Shown here in pieces: positions 32,701 to 44,600 of a stretch of 64,000 nucleotides of DNA (positions are counted from its first letter, which is position 1; every line of letters begins with the position of its first letter). The DNA is from Antedon mediterranea (Eukaryota > Animalia > Echinodermata), in NCBI RefSeq assembly GCF_964355755.1, contig NC_092677.1, forward strand, positions 9,322,101 through 9,386,100, given 5' to 3'. The position numbers and the translations under genes were made by a program. The notes beneath the pieces were generated by a model. It worked only from the letters and a program-made list of their open reading frames with translations. It did no database searches and was not told the origin of the DNA.

Positions 32701-35700
32701 GTTTTCAGTATTTTAACCTCCAGCATCATGTTTCTAATCAAAATAACAACATACAGTAGAGAGCCAAAACAACGATCTTGCAATGATATTTTATGTTGTT
32801 GAATATTGAGATTTTTAATTTATTATCTAGGCTTGCTACTCTAGACACTATCCATAGCCTGGTTACCCCCCAGTACATCCATGCACTATATTACAATGTC
32901 ATTATGTACATTCACTGGTACAACATGAATATCCACTTAAATTGAAACTTTGACCTTTCATAATATGCTTTCCCTTGCACTCAGTGGGGTCTACGATGAG
33001 CAACTCATGGCACAGAAGTTCACTACAAGGAGCACTATATAGGCTGTGGATACAGGTTATCAAGTCTAAGCCGTTGACCATCAACCTGGTCCAACTACCT
33101 AATACTGCTCCCTGAAGCTTTGAGCTTTTCGGAACTCCATTTTCGGCCATTTGTTAATACATAGACCGCAGGTGAGTGTGGTAGGGGGAACTGATTCAAT
33201 TGACTTTTGTTTATTGTTTTATACACAGAAAATGTTGTATTTGCATCAGTGTCATTTTCCATTTTATACATTATAGCTTTTATATTAATTCTAATTGAAC
33301 ACCTAATATTATTCAAAAAGGTACAATTGAATTTACAGCTTTATAGCCAGGACTTTATAAAACAGACAAAGTTTTAAATTCTGAAAAAACTATAATTATT
33401 CATGATGATTACTGTGCATATTATCAAATGATATCAGTAAACTTGACAAGTCTATCTTGGTTTTTGTTTACTAGTTCAAGTCTATGAAACGCCATGTATG
33501 CCAAACTGTTTATTCTTTGTACAAATCGCTGTTTAGAAGAGATAGAGATATTATTACATCACACAAATCACAATAAAACTTAAGGAGGCTGAGGTACTGT
33601 AGTCGACACATTATTGGTTTATCATGTTTAGAGTAATAATCCAGTACGAAATGTAGCTTTATGGCAGGTTGAATATTTATTTGGCTGTATTTCATGGAAA
33701 TATGTTGTCGAATGGATGCGAAAAAATCATGTGTTACATTTTTTTTTCATGCACTAGGGGTCGGTAGCCCTTTTAAAATGGCAATATAATAAAAAAAAAG
33801 TAGAGTTGAACTTATTTTTTAATCTACCCCTTTCTTCTCATAAATTTTAATGAATTAATTTTATCAAAATTGATACAATAGATTTGGTGATTCAAATTCC
33901 AAGTACAGTTCTTATTATTGACACCACTGGGCCACTGATTGCAAATAAAAAATGTTGAATTTAATTTTGGAAATAACAATAAATTTCATATTAAAAATTC
34001 AATAATTTTAACTGAATAATGATGCATTATTTAAATAAAATTTAATTGGTTTACCTTTAATTTATTTTATAAATGATCATCTTTCCTGGAAATATATTGA
34101 AAATGCCTCTATAAAACTATTGATAGTTAATATTAACAGTTCCAATGGGGTTGATGAGAGTAATCAAAATTCAATAACATCAATAAATAGACAAATGTTT
34201 AAATGGGTAGTAGAATATTTTTGCCACAGAGTAGAACAGTAATTATATAGATATAACTACAGGTTGGTTTTCCAAACATGTAAAACAACATAATTTACAG
34301 CATTTCAAAAATCTGCCATGTACAGTAACACAACCATTAAATAAAAAATATACCGTGCTACTGCTATATAACTAAATAGGGCCGTAGCCAGGATCTGTCA
34401 AGGGGTGGTTTGGACACTAAGTATTTGGGACACTGCGCCCCCTATAATCCTCTATGATGATGATACACTATACTTCATAAATACTGTAGGTAACCGCAGC
34501 GTTTCATTTTTTATGTACGTCGGAAGGCTGTATACTTTATGCATGCTGACTGCCGTGATCTAAACAATATAGCTACGCGGTTGTCTGGCAGTATCCTTTG
34601 TACAAATCGTTCGTGCTGTATGATGAGTACGATACACGCGTCAATATCATGTTACATCCAGGAATTTAAGTTGAAAATCGGCAATTCATTTGCAACTATT
34701 AGAAATTTACAGACACATAGAGTTATTGACGAACGAGTTTACGAATTTTTAAATTTACAAATAACCTTTTGTACTGTTTGGCACGTATTTAGAGGATTTT
34801 CAGAGATGAGGGTGAGGTATTGGGCATGTCAGGGATGGGGGTTCGCAGTCAGTTAAGGGAGGTTTCCCCCTGTCTACGGGCCTGCTAAAACTATTTACCA
34901 TGAATATCCACTTAAATCGAAACTTTGATCTTTCATAATAAGCTTTTTTTCCCTTACACTCAGGTGGGGTCCATGCTGAAAATCCGGCACAGGAGTTCTC
35001 TACAAGGGGCACTATGGCTGTATGGCTCAGTTATCACATCTATACCTACCAACCTCATCCAACATACCTATACTGCCCCCTGAAGCTTGAGCTTTTCGGA
35101 ACTCCTAACAGTTGGCACTTGTTCATACACAGACCGCATTTGAGTGTGTAAAGGGACACTGCTTTGATAGGTCTTTGTTTATTTTTTTATACACAGAAAA
35201 TGTTGTATTTGCATCAGTGTCATTTTTCATTTAATACATTACATAACAGCTTTTATATTAATTTTAATTAAATACCTAATATTATTCAAAAAGCTACAAT
35301 TACATTACAGCTTTATAGCCACTGACTTGTAAAAGAGATAAACTTGTAAATTCTTAAAAAAACTATAATTATTCATGATATTACTGTGCATAATACTGTA
35401 TCAAATGACATAACCGTGAACTTGACAAGTCTATTGTTTGGTTTTTTGTGTATTTTCTGTTTATTTCCTCTAGATCAAATCTATGAAACGCCATGTATGC
35501 CAGCCAAACTGTTTATTCTTTTTACAAATCACTGTCCAGAAGAGAATTATAAAATAGTTTATCCATCCTGTAATCGGAGAGTTACTTGTTGTTGGATGTG
35601 TATGAAAGAAAAATTAAGGTTTAGCGTAATTAGTCCAATACAAATGTAACTTTATGGCAGGTTATATTTCATAAAACTACTGTATAAGCGAAAAAATCAT

Positions 35701-38700
35701 CAACAGCCACCATTTTTATTAATTATCAAAAGTAGTCAAATTTGCAGCTAGCCAATGGATTTTTCATTTTATTTGATTTTATTAAACTGAAAACATTATT
35801 TTCTGGTTTATATTGAAAATGCCTCTAATAGAATAAAAGTTTAAAACTATTAATAGTTAATATTAACAGTGGACTGATGAGAGTGATAAACATTTTGTGA
35901 GTATTTTAAACTCAAGCATCATGATGTTTCTAATTAAAAACATGATGACTACTATATAGTTATGAATAAGTAAACTGTTAATTTATGCTTCGTTATGGCC
36001 AATTAAAGTAGTAGTAGCTTTTGTAAACTGTTATTATCATAGTTAATACTCAGCTTTGCATGGGGAGGAGAGTTTAATCATAGAGATATTATAGTTCACT
36101 ATAATATCTCTATGGTTTAATTTATCACTTAATGACAGATTATTGACAACACGTCCCTGAATATCAATACATTATCATTTCAGTACAGTGAGATCTATAA
36201 AAAGTCAAACTCTGTAGCAAACATACTATAATAATCTGAATAGAACATTATTTGATTTAAATATTAGAATGGTTTTGGCAATACATCTATTACTGTGATA
36301 TTCTGTACAAATAATTAGCCTATTGTAGTAACCAGGGTTGTAGCTACAACAAACTATGTTGGGGAGATCTTTAAAGAGAACTACTACAATTGTTGGGTTA
36401 AAGAATAAAAATTAATGACTAATAATTGTTGGAACAAGGCAATTCAAATAAACATAAATTTAGACTGCTCACCTAAACCGCCTCTTCCATGGACAAAATT
36501 TAAAATCTCAAAAGAAGCAAGCATTAAAATCTCAATAAGCTTTAACAGATAAAATATTTGCAACCATAGTAAAATCATTTACTACTGACATTTAAGAATT
36601 CTTTAATCTTTCAGTACAACATTCAAGAAAAGAACTTGTTATCAGAACAGGTGACTTGCATATCATTAAATTTGGTAGAGACCAAAAAACTCTTAAATTA
36701 TCCAATTTCATGAAGATTTTCTTCTGAGAAATCAATGTGTATCTACATAAAATAATATGAATACAAAATATACCGTATCATAGTATGGCTTTATCAAGTA
36801 TTAATATTTCTCCATGTGGCAAAAAAATTAAATATTAACATACTGTACAAACTACAACATTGACCATGAAATACATTTGTGACAACATACATTACACCTG
36901 TAACTATTACCACAATTACTTTTGATTTATTTAGTAATTATTCCATGCTTACAGTTGGGTAATTGGATACTTGCAATTTGCAAACAAGATTTGATCAAGG
37001 AGGTTTACCCTAAGGGAAAATAAAATTAATCTTCATCCACATGAACAATGTTTGCAATATTCAATAATTTCTTAAAGTAAAAGATATTCTACATAATACA
37101 ATTTTGTGCATTTAATAGATGAATACTTTTTTTACGTTTTGATTAATTTTGACAGAAGACTGGTTTAGGATTGTTTGTACAAGCAACTATCGGCTTAAAA
37201 AGATTGAGTACGCAAGCTGAACATAAAATGGTAAGTTATATGGATAATAAAAATAATTAGTAAATGGCTACCAGGATTTAATTTTCCTTCTTCCTTAATT
37301 TTAAAGGACTTTCTGATTGTTGTATTTTTATATCATTATAATTTTCTGAATTACAGTACATTCTTTTTTTAAATAATCTTTTATTCTAAATGAATAATTT
37401 ATTATAATATTAAAAATAACATTATGTCAATGTATAAAGAACAGAATTAGAGGAAGAAAAATGAAATCATTTGAAAATCTTGGTACAGTAAGTTGGTGAA
37501 GTTTGAATGTAGAACCTCTTTTAAGGGGACACAATAAACTGTCCCCTTAATAATAGTGATTTCCCCTGAATAGGGGAGTACCAAAGGAAAGACTTCTATT
37601 CTTGACTATGTATAGCAAAATGTAATTAGTTTTTCTTTCAGTGTTGCACTTGTGTTCATTTATTTAAACCTGGCATTACTTAGTGTCTATTTCACTGACC
37701 ACTAGTAATAGGAAAGCACATCAATATCATTGATGTCCAGTTAAGGTGGTGGTCGATAATTAACACCTTAAGGTACCGTATTTGATGCTGTTTTGTGAAC
37801 AAATTATAAAGTATTTGTAACGTTTTAATATAAAAACTGCACAATTATTTTTATGTTAATCAAGAATTTTGTTAATGTTGGTAAAATGTAGACAGCACTG
37901 CAGATACTATTGTTACACCCTAACCCGTAAGTACAGTATTTACAGGGGGTACAATTTAATAGCAGACGAACATTTTAACCTGTTAGTGTTACTTAGTATA
38001 GAACCTTTATTATTAATAAGAGGAAACCCCCAAGGACCCATACTTTAAATTGTCCTTTTAATAGGAGGTGTCCCCTAAATAGGGGTTGGCACATATTTCC
38101 CTTCTGTTCATTAGTAGAAATGATCATGAGAGAGGAGGAGGGGTTACTGTAAGAAAACCAATGGTAAATTTATTAAATAAATAATAAATTAATACATTGA
38201 CAGACACAGAGGTACAGTTGTATTCAACCAAAAATGATATGAAAAATACAAACATAAACACATCATTTTATAGATCATTACAATAATAATAATTGAACAT
38301 CTTTTCTTTATAGAAATATTCAATATTATTTAACACAAACCTATGACCTACTTTGAACATATAAAAAAATAATCAATGCAAATTGATGTTTTCTGTATTT
38401 GCAATTGATGTTTTCTGTATTTGCTATTGTTGTTTAGTAACTAACGAATTATTGACACCTTTCCATGATAATACTATGAAATTATTCATACAGTCTACAT
38501 GTTATGTTTATCTATGTCTGTTGAGACTATAGATACTGTATGCTTAGTCTCTAGTCCTAGTTATACCATAGAGATATTATAGTGATCACTATAATATCTC
38601 TATGGTTATACTACTGTTTGTATAATGCACAAATTTATGAACACTTTGTGTTAGTTCCAAACTGCATTAGATTAGTTATTCAATGACAGTTAAAAAAATC

Positions 38701-39206
38701 ATGAGGGAATATTTCAACAATTTAATATACATCATAAACAGAAATGAACTGTTCATTAATATGAGGTAATATTGAAATATTAATCAAATCTTATCGTCTT
38801 ATAATTGTTTTTTTTTTAAATTATTTTATTTGATTCGATTTAACTGTATTATCCCCATAGGAAAACTCTGTTGGCTTTACTGTACATACAAAGATAATAA
38901 GAAATTTACAAGGAATGATAGAAAAGACAGTATCTTAAAATTAAAATATTACACATTATAAACACAATATAATATTTACAAAAAATAACATTCAAAATTG
39001 TCGGGTGATATACCAAAAAAACGATAAGGAGGAAATCTGTGGAAATGAAAAAAAGACATCCCGAGATTCGAATAAAATCAATAAATGTGAAAAATGCATC
39101 CTTGAAATTATGTCTACCTACCATTGTCGTAAAGAACATGTCCGCGCCACCTTTTCACATTATCGTCAACAGGTAAGCTACTGGCTTTGGTGCAACCTCC
39201 TCCCAT
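23745..39206 (-). CDS. 5'-nucleotidase (metallophosphoesterase + 5'-NT C-terminal domain, no signal peptide) fused to ankyrin repeats and an acidic tail
   Basis: Putative first coding exon 39206-39122 (MGGGCTK...), then exons approx 30666-30406 (ILHFNDVYNIE..GGAARF..FSGDALNPS), 30119-30032 (GNHDF), 29611-29472, 29261-29135, 28588-28466 (LTHMR..LGGHDH), 28272-28113, 27982-27887, 27629-27461 (NSGTFRSD), 27131-26950 (EGRFPQVAG), 26673-26473, 26216-26019 (IAPEVEGRI), 25552-25398, 25087-24932 (ILHKAAS), 24620-23745 (TPLMHAV..GRSALDLA, Glu-rich tail). The junctions checked (5' exons and the nucleotidase-to-ankyrin region) are in frame. Confidence 0.88.
25610..25744. mobile_element. MITE family A copy (further partial copies at ~25172-25275 and 27308-27362)
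   Basis: AGCTCTGTCTACACTATCAAACT...AGTTTGATAGTGGAGGCAAAGCT. Confidence 0.8.
28670..29100 (+). mobile_element. tRNA-derived SINE interrupted by a MITE
   Basis: B-box GAGTTCAAATCC; body CCTTAGGCAAGACACTTA..CTCTCCACCCAGGTGTACAAATGAGTAC; (ATT)n-like tail. An uninterrupted relative lies at 59701-59870. Confidence 0.7.
28768..28926. mobile_element. Harbinger-like MITE family B
   Basis: About 50-bp near-perfect TIRs AGCCGATTTTCCACTAGGCGAATTTGTTCGC...GCGAACAAATTCGCCTAGTGGAAAATCAGCT, flanked by TAA/TTA. Confidence 0.85.
32110..35940. repeat. Local tandem segmental duplication (~1.7 kb unit) within the 5'-nucleotidase long intron
   Basis: 32110-32610 matches 33880-34376; 32920-33740 matches 34895-35705; a third fragment lies at ~35800-35940. 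Confidence 0.85.
34377..34884. mobile_element. Non-autonomous DNA element related to 1-1424
   Basis: Termini TAGGGCCGTAGCCAGG...TGTCTACGGGCCTG. Internal ATCCTTTGTACAAATCGTTC, ATATCATGTT and AATTTACAAATAACCTT match 120-180 and 645-660. Present only in the second duplicate unit. Confidence 0.6.
36079..36114. mobile_element. 36-bp palindromic micro-insertion with 7-bp TSD
   Basis: GTTTAAT|CATAGAGATATTATAGTTCACTATAATATCTCTATG|GTTTAAT. Confidence 0.8.
36473..36524 (-). other. Candidate alternative first coding exon of the 5'-nucleotidase gene
   Basis: ATG...MLASFEILNFVHGRGGL+G|GTGAGC; phase 1, compatible with the exon starting at 30666. Confidence 0.4.
38567..38604. mobile_element. 38-bp perfect palindromic micro-insertion with 7-bp TSD
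   Basis: GTTATAC|CATAGAGATATTATAGTGATCACTATAATATCTCTATG|GTTATAC. Confidence 0.82.
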
Positions 39207-39477
39207 CTTGTCTATTTTAAGATCATTGTTTATGTTTGTTATTTGTCAGAATTGACTGCAGATGAAGTTCTAACATGAACGTGAAGCTATCTGAAAATAC
39301 AAAGAACATGATGATTTTAATTTAGGCATTGGTTTTTGAAAAGCAGTATATGGTTAGCTAGAAGGAATGTTGCCAGACTGTTTTTTACATTATAAATAAT
39401 GAAGTAGAAATATCCATCTCTCTACCGGCTTTCAACACATTATCAGCACCACAAATAGATATAACTTGGAAGACTGA

Positions 39478-40315
39478 GGGCCTGTTTCTGCTGCAACTGC
39501 TCAAAATACGGTATAAAAATACGGTATAAAATACGATATTTTTTATACCGTATTTTTTAGTACCCCGTTTCTGCTAACAATACTTCTTGGGTGGTCGTGT
39601 TAAATTTCATCCTTTTTGCCCAAATTGCCAATCATTTATTTGGTCGATAATTAAAAGTCGTAATAAAGGAAGTTTAAGTTCAAGGCCTAGCCCTAGTGAT
39701 AGAGATGTTGTGAGAGCACAGAAAATATCGTAATGAGGACAAGTAATTCGTTGCCTCCCCAAGTTATTGTCTTTTGCAATGTTTTACTGCTTTCGCAGGC
39801 TCTTCAGCTTTGAGTTTACTTGCTTTGGAGACAAGTCTATTCCGTACTCCTGCTTTACTTTTTTAGAAATGTCTTTATAAATGTGGTTGTCCCTTTTATT
39901 ACCTTTTAGTTTGCCGGACATTTTAGCTTCCTCACCCCCTCCTTCCCCACCCCTGCTTCCCCACACAGATTTAAATAGTAAATACTGTGACGTCTTCGCT
40001 CCAAATTTTCGCCGAATATATCTATAGTTATACACGTGTGTAAAACAGCTGACAGCGACAGAAAATAAAAATGTCGCAGGTAAAAAAAAATACGGTATTT
40101 TTTATTGGCAGCAGAAAAGGGTACAAAAAATACGGTATAAATTTGTAAATGCCGTATTTTATCCACAAATTTTGTGGGGAAAATACGGTATATATATTTT
40201 TTTTATGAGTGCAGTTTCTGCTGCCAAAAAAATACGGTATAGGCCTAGGCCTATATACGGTATTAAAAAAATACCGTATTTTATACGGTATTTTCTTGGC
40301 AGCAGAAACAGGGCC
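39478..40315 (-). mobile_element. Internally deleted PIF/Harbinger element with a Myb/SANT (trihelix) coding remnant
   Basis: TIRs GGGCCTGTTTCTGCTGC / GCAGCAGAAACAGGGCC; many subterminal ATACGGTAT/ATACCGTAT motifs; minus-strand fragment LKGNKRDNHIYKDISKKVKQEYGIDLSPKQVNSKLKSLRKQ. Confidence 0.75.
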
Positions 40316-41609
40316 TATGGCGAAGATAAAAATGGCTATTTTGACCGGCCAGGTGTAACAGAATAGATGATGGAGTACGTACAGGTGTGTATTGGTACGG
40401 GGGGAGAGAGCTTCTTCCAGCTAGCTGAGTTGCAAGTGAAGACGATCTGATATCGATGATGATGACAAAACCATGATGATCATATATGAGGAACACACAT
40501 CTAAGGTTAAGATACAAGATAAAATTACAACATGCTGAATTATAAAAGACTTACTAATTCAATGCTCTAATCAGTCATTTTGCCAATGTTTCTCTCCTCT
40601 TCTGACCTTCGAATGTTGTTTATGAATGTTTAGAAAGTTTTCGTTGTCTTTTCCCCCGTCTTCGCCGGCGACCTCGATCCATTCGTGCGTGTAATTTTCT
40701 CAATAGCGCCCCCTATAATAGCGCTAATTCTGTTACTTTTTAAAAACTATCGCTGGGAGTGTAGTGTGCGTACGTAGCAGCTGCCTATGCAATATTTTTT
40801 TTTTTAATCCAGTTTAACAAAAACTTTGAAAATGGAGAGATTTCAAATTAGATATTACGAAATCATCTTTAGTAAGACTACAATGGTATTAAACAACAAA
40901 ACAGTCAATTGCATCAATCATAAACTGATTTCTTCACCAATTTATACACACTCTGACAAAAACAATTTTTTGGAGATTAATTTCAAAGTTTATTCAGTTA
41001 TTTTCAAATATTATAATTGAAGAATTAATTACAACACATTTATTATAAAACAGAAAAAATATTGCTATAATATTTATACCAACTTTCTATAAATAAAGCC
41101 CAGAGAAATTAAAATTAATAATCACCTAAATTTCTTTCGTCTAAAAAGTGATTTCATGGTTGATATATCATCAATTGTCAAAAAATTTTCACTATTGCAT
41201 AGGATAGGACTCAATAAAACTACAGTATCTTAGAGGGACGGTTTTAACTGGATATTTTTGCCGAAATAATGGATGTTTTGGTGTCTCCCTACTTTTTTTT
41301 TCTATTCTACGATTCTCTTATTTTTTTTATTACAAAAAAAAATGTAACTGTGTATGCAACACGTGCATGTTGCAAAAGCTAGACCCAGTGGTGCAGTCTG
41401 AGCCTAAATGGAAGAAGACAAATTCTGCACTTCTCTTCATTTTCGAGAGAACATGTGGATGTTAGTGAAACACCCAAATTCTGATCTGTATAATAAAAGA
41501 AGAAATGTAATGGAATGTAATTGCGTATTGAAAATCTAGAAAAATACAGAAATAATTCCATTGCTATTTTATATAATGAGTAACGTATTGATGGAATCTG
41601 GATTTCTTT

Positions 41610-44600
41610 TTATTTTAGAGGGATACTGTTAATAAATGATGTAAACATTTTCAAAGATTCTGCAGGCTTGTCTTGCGGCACCATATGTCCAGCTCCTTTT
41701 ATAGTCACAAGTGACAGATTCTTGTAGTCTTGTACAAAACCAGCTATTTGACTGTTTACTACCCATTCTCTGCGATCGCCGACCTTGTCAAGCTTCAGCG
41801 ACTCGACAAACCACTCATCGCCGAGGAAGTTGCACGCCATGTCGATGTCTCCATTGTAGACCATTCCACGGTACTTTTGGAGTAGTGATTGGTATTGGGT
41901 GAACATTGTATCATATGTCCTTGTGTATTGCGCTCCCACAATATCACTGAATAGAAGGAACAATATGGATTATGAGTAATGATTTTAGAACAGTATATTG
42001 TCCAGCAATACTGTACATAACAATCACACAAAGCAGCACCATTATTAAAACACCATCATTATCAACATCATGATAACCAACACCATCATTACCAACACTA
42101 TTAGAACACCATCATTACCAACATCACTAGAATACTGTCATTACCAACACAATTAGAACACCATCATTACCAACATCATTAGAGCACTATCTTTAGCAAC
42201 ACCATCAGAACACAATCATAACCAACACCATTAGAACACCAACACCATCATTACCGACACTATTAGAACACCATCATCATCAACACCATCATTACCAACA
42301 CCACCATCATCATCAACACCATCATTACCAACACCACCATCATCATCAACATCACCAACACCTTCATAACTGATACCATCATTACCAACACTATTAGAAT
42401 ACAACCACTACCATCCAACATCATTAGAACACCATCATTACCAACACCAGTATCATTTTCTCCATTAGCCAACCGACAAAGGCAATAAACAAACCTGCAG
42501 ATGTCCCAGTCTTGTACAGTATCTGGAATATGTAAAGCTTTGCGTACAGCTGGATCATTTAGATAGGTAATGATGGCTGTTGCATTTATACATGGTGGGC
42601 TTTCACTTATTTTCATTGTGTTTTTTATCTACAAATAAATAAATATAAATATAAATATAACTTTTTAAATTACAAAATCTTTTAATATATAGTGTGTTTC
42701 ACAGTGGTGTTTAATAGGAGTGGTTTTTAATTTAATATTAATGCTCTTCTATAGCTGGTTTCCATTCACCACATTGTATACGTGAAACAATGCTCTTCTA
42801 TAGCTACTTTTAATCCTGTGAGTCTTGCTAATGTTTTAGCTTTCACACCTATTCCCATCCAACTTTACTTACATTCCCCAACTTCCTGGACTTCTCACTC
42901 CTGAGGACGATTGAAGCATATTGATCATAACGTTGAGAAACTCAACATACTGTACGTGGTGTATTGCAAACTTTATATCAAAATATGAATAAAGTAATAC
43001 TTACCAATGGCTTATACTTAATCTTGTAAGCTCTAAACAGGTTGGACATGGCGGCCTTAAAGGTTTTAACATGTGGTGGGATTCCTCCAGCACAATCGCC
43101 ATACAAGTTGTAAACATTTAAACCAATGTTGTAGATGATGTTCATCGCTTCACCAACCTGGTGTAGTAAAAAACAAAAGGCTCTGTCTACACTATCAAAC
43201 TAGTTTTACAAAAAAAAGTGTGATGTTCCCAAATATGGTAGGGATTAAGAATACAACACATAGTGTGTATGTAATTTTTGCCACAGATTTTCTGTTTTGT
43301 GCTACAGAGAGGCTTAACTTGAAGCTATCATTCTATTATAGTCCTTTAATCGTAATTGATTTTTATACACTGTTTAATCTATAGTATTAAGATGTGTTTA
43401 ACAGGCTTACAATCCTAAGTTTTAGTTTCAACGCAACAGAAATTGTCTGTCGTTCACAGAGATGCTTATATAGTACACGGTTTATTCTGAGATGCAAAAT
43501 GTGGCCAACTCTTATTACGATCTCAACATAAATGGTCTGTACATTTTACCAGTAGTGGCATTGGATTTGTTTTGCTAAACATTTTGTTTTTTAAATATAT
43601 GCTACCTACCACAAGAGAGCATTCAGATTGTGTGTTGTCATGGAAATTGCAGGCAGTATCATTACAACAGCTGGTTTGAAGCTGAGTCCATAAGCTAAAA
43701 AGTTTCAATTACATTTTATTAATTTATAAATTAGAAGTACAACTATCTTCTTTATTCTTTAAGTTCAGTTTCAGTTTTATTTCACACAACATATTATATA
43801 TACATTTGTACTTAATATTAGATAATAATAATACATTTGATTGTGTGTGGAGATTTTAATAAGCCATAACTGAACCTCCAGGTAAAACAATAAATATGAT
43901 GATGACCATGAGATAAACAAGAAAAAAAACAACACATGATATGCACTTCCTTTAAAAGATGCTGAAGTATTTGACAATTTGAGATTAAAAGTAGTCTGTT
44001 GTCTGGCATACTAACTTGTTTAAAAATAAAATTAAGTTGTACTTTAAGCCCTAAATATTATTTCAAGATGGATTTGAGTGCCCGAGTTTGTACAGCACTA
44101 AGTTATTAGTTAAAACGATAGTCCATAGTGTACATGACAATAAATAGTTAAATAAACATGTTAAACTTTATTGCCAACATATTGTGTAGTTGAATTACAA
44201 TGACAGCCTACCATCATTAATAATAATGTATTCAGTTTTTGTAATACAGTCTGTATTCTTATATTACAAAGTACCAGTTATATTATTACAGTCATCAGAA
44301 ATAGGTCAGATACTTTAAGCTCTGTCTACACTACATCAAACTAGTTTGACAAAAAAAGTGTGATGTGCCCAAATATGGTAGTGATATGGGCACATCACAT
44401 TTTTTGTTACATAACGTTTGATAGTATAGACAGTCTGTATTCTGATATTTCAAAATAACATTTATTTTATTAGTCATCAGAAATTGTTTAGATACTTACA
44501 AGAAATTGGATACTTACTCAAGTCCAAATAGGCCGTGATAATACCCAAAATAGATGAGAGAATCGTCATTAAGAGCATAGCTAGATAAACCATTTCCAAC

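Noticed and set aside
39005-39220. Plus-strand 71-aa ORF with a CAG|GTAAGC donor-like site
   Set aside because: Overlaps the better supported minus-strand MGGGCTK exon, and no partner exons or homology were recognised.
42263-42494. Met/Val-rich hydrophobic ORF extension
   Set aside because: Read-through from a CTSA exon into an intronic low-complexity repeat; the exon has a donor at ~42494.
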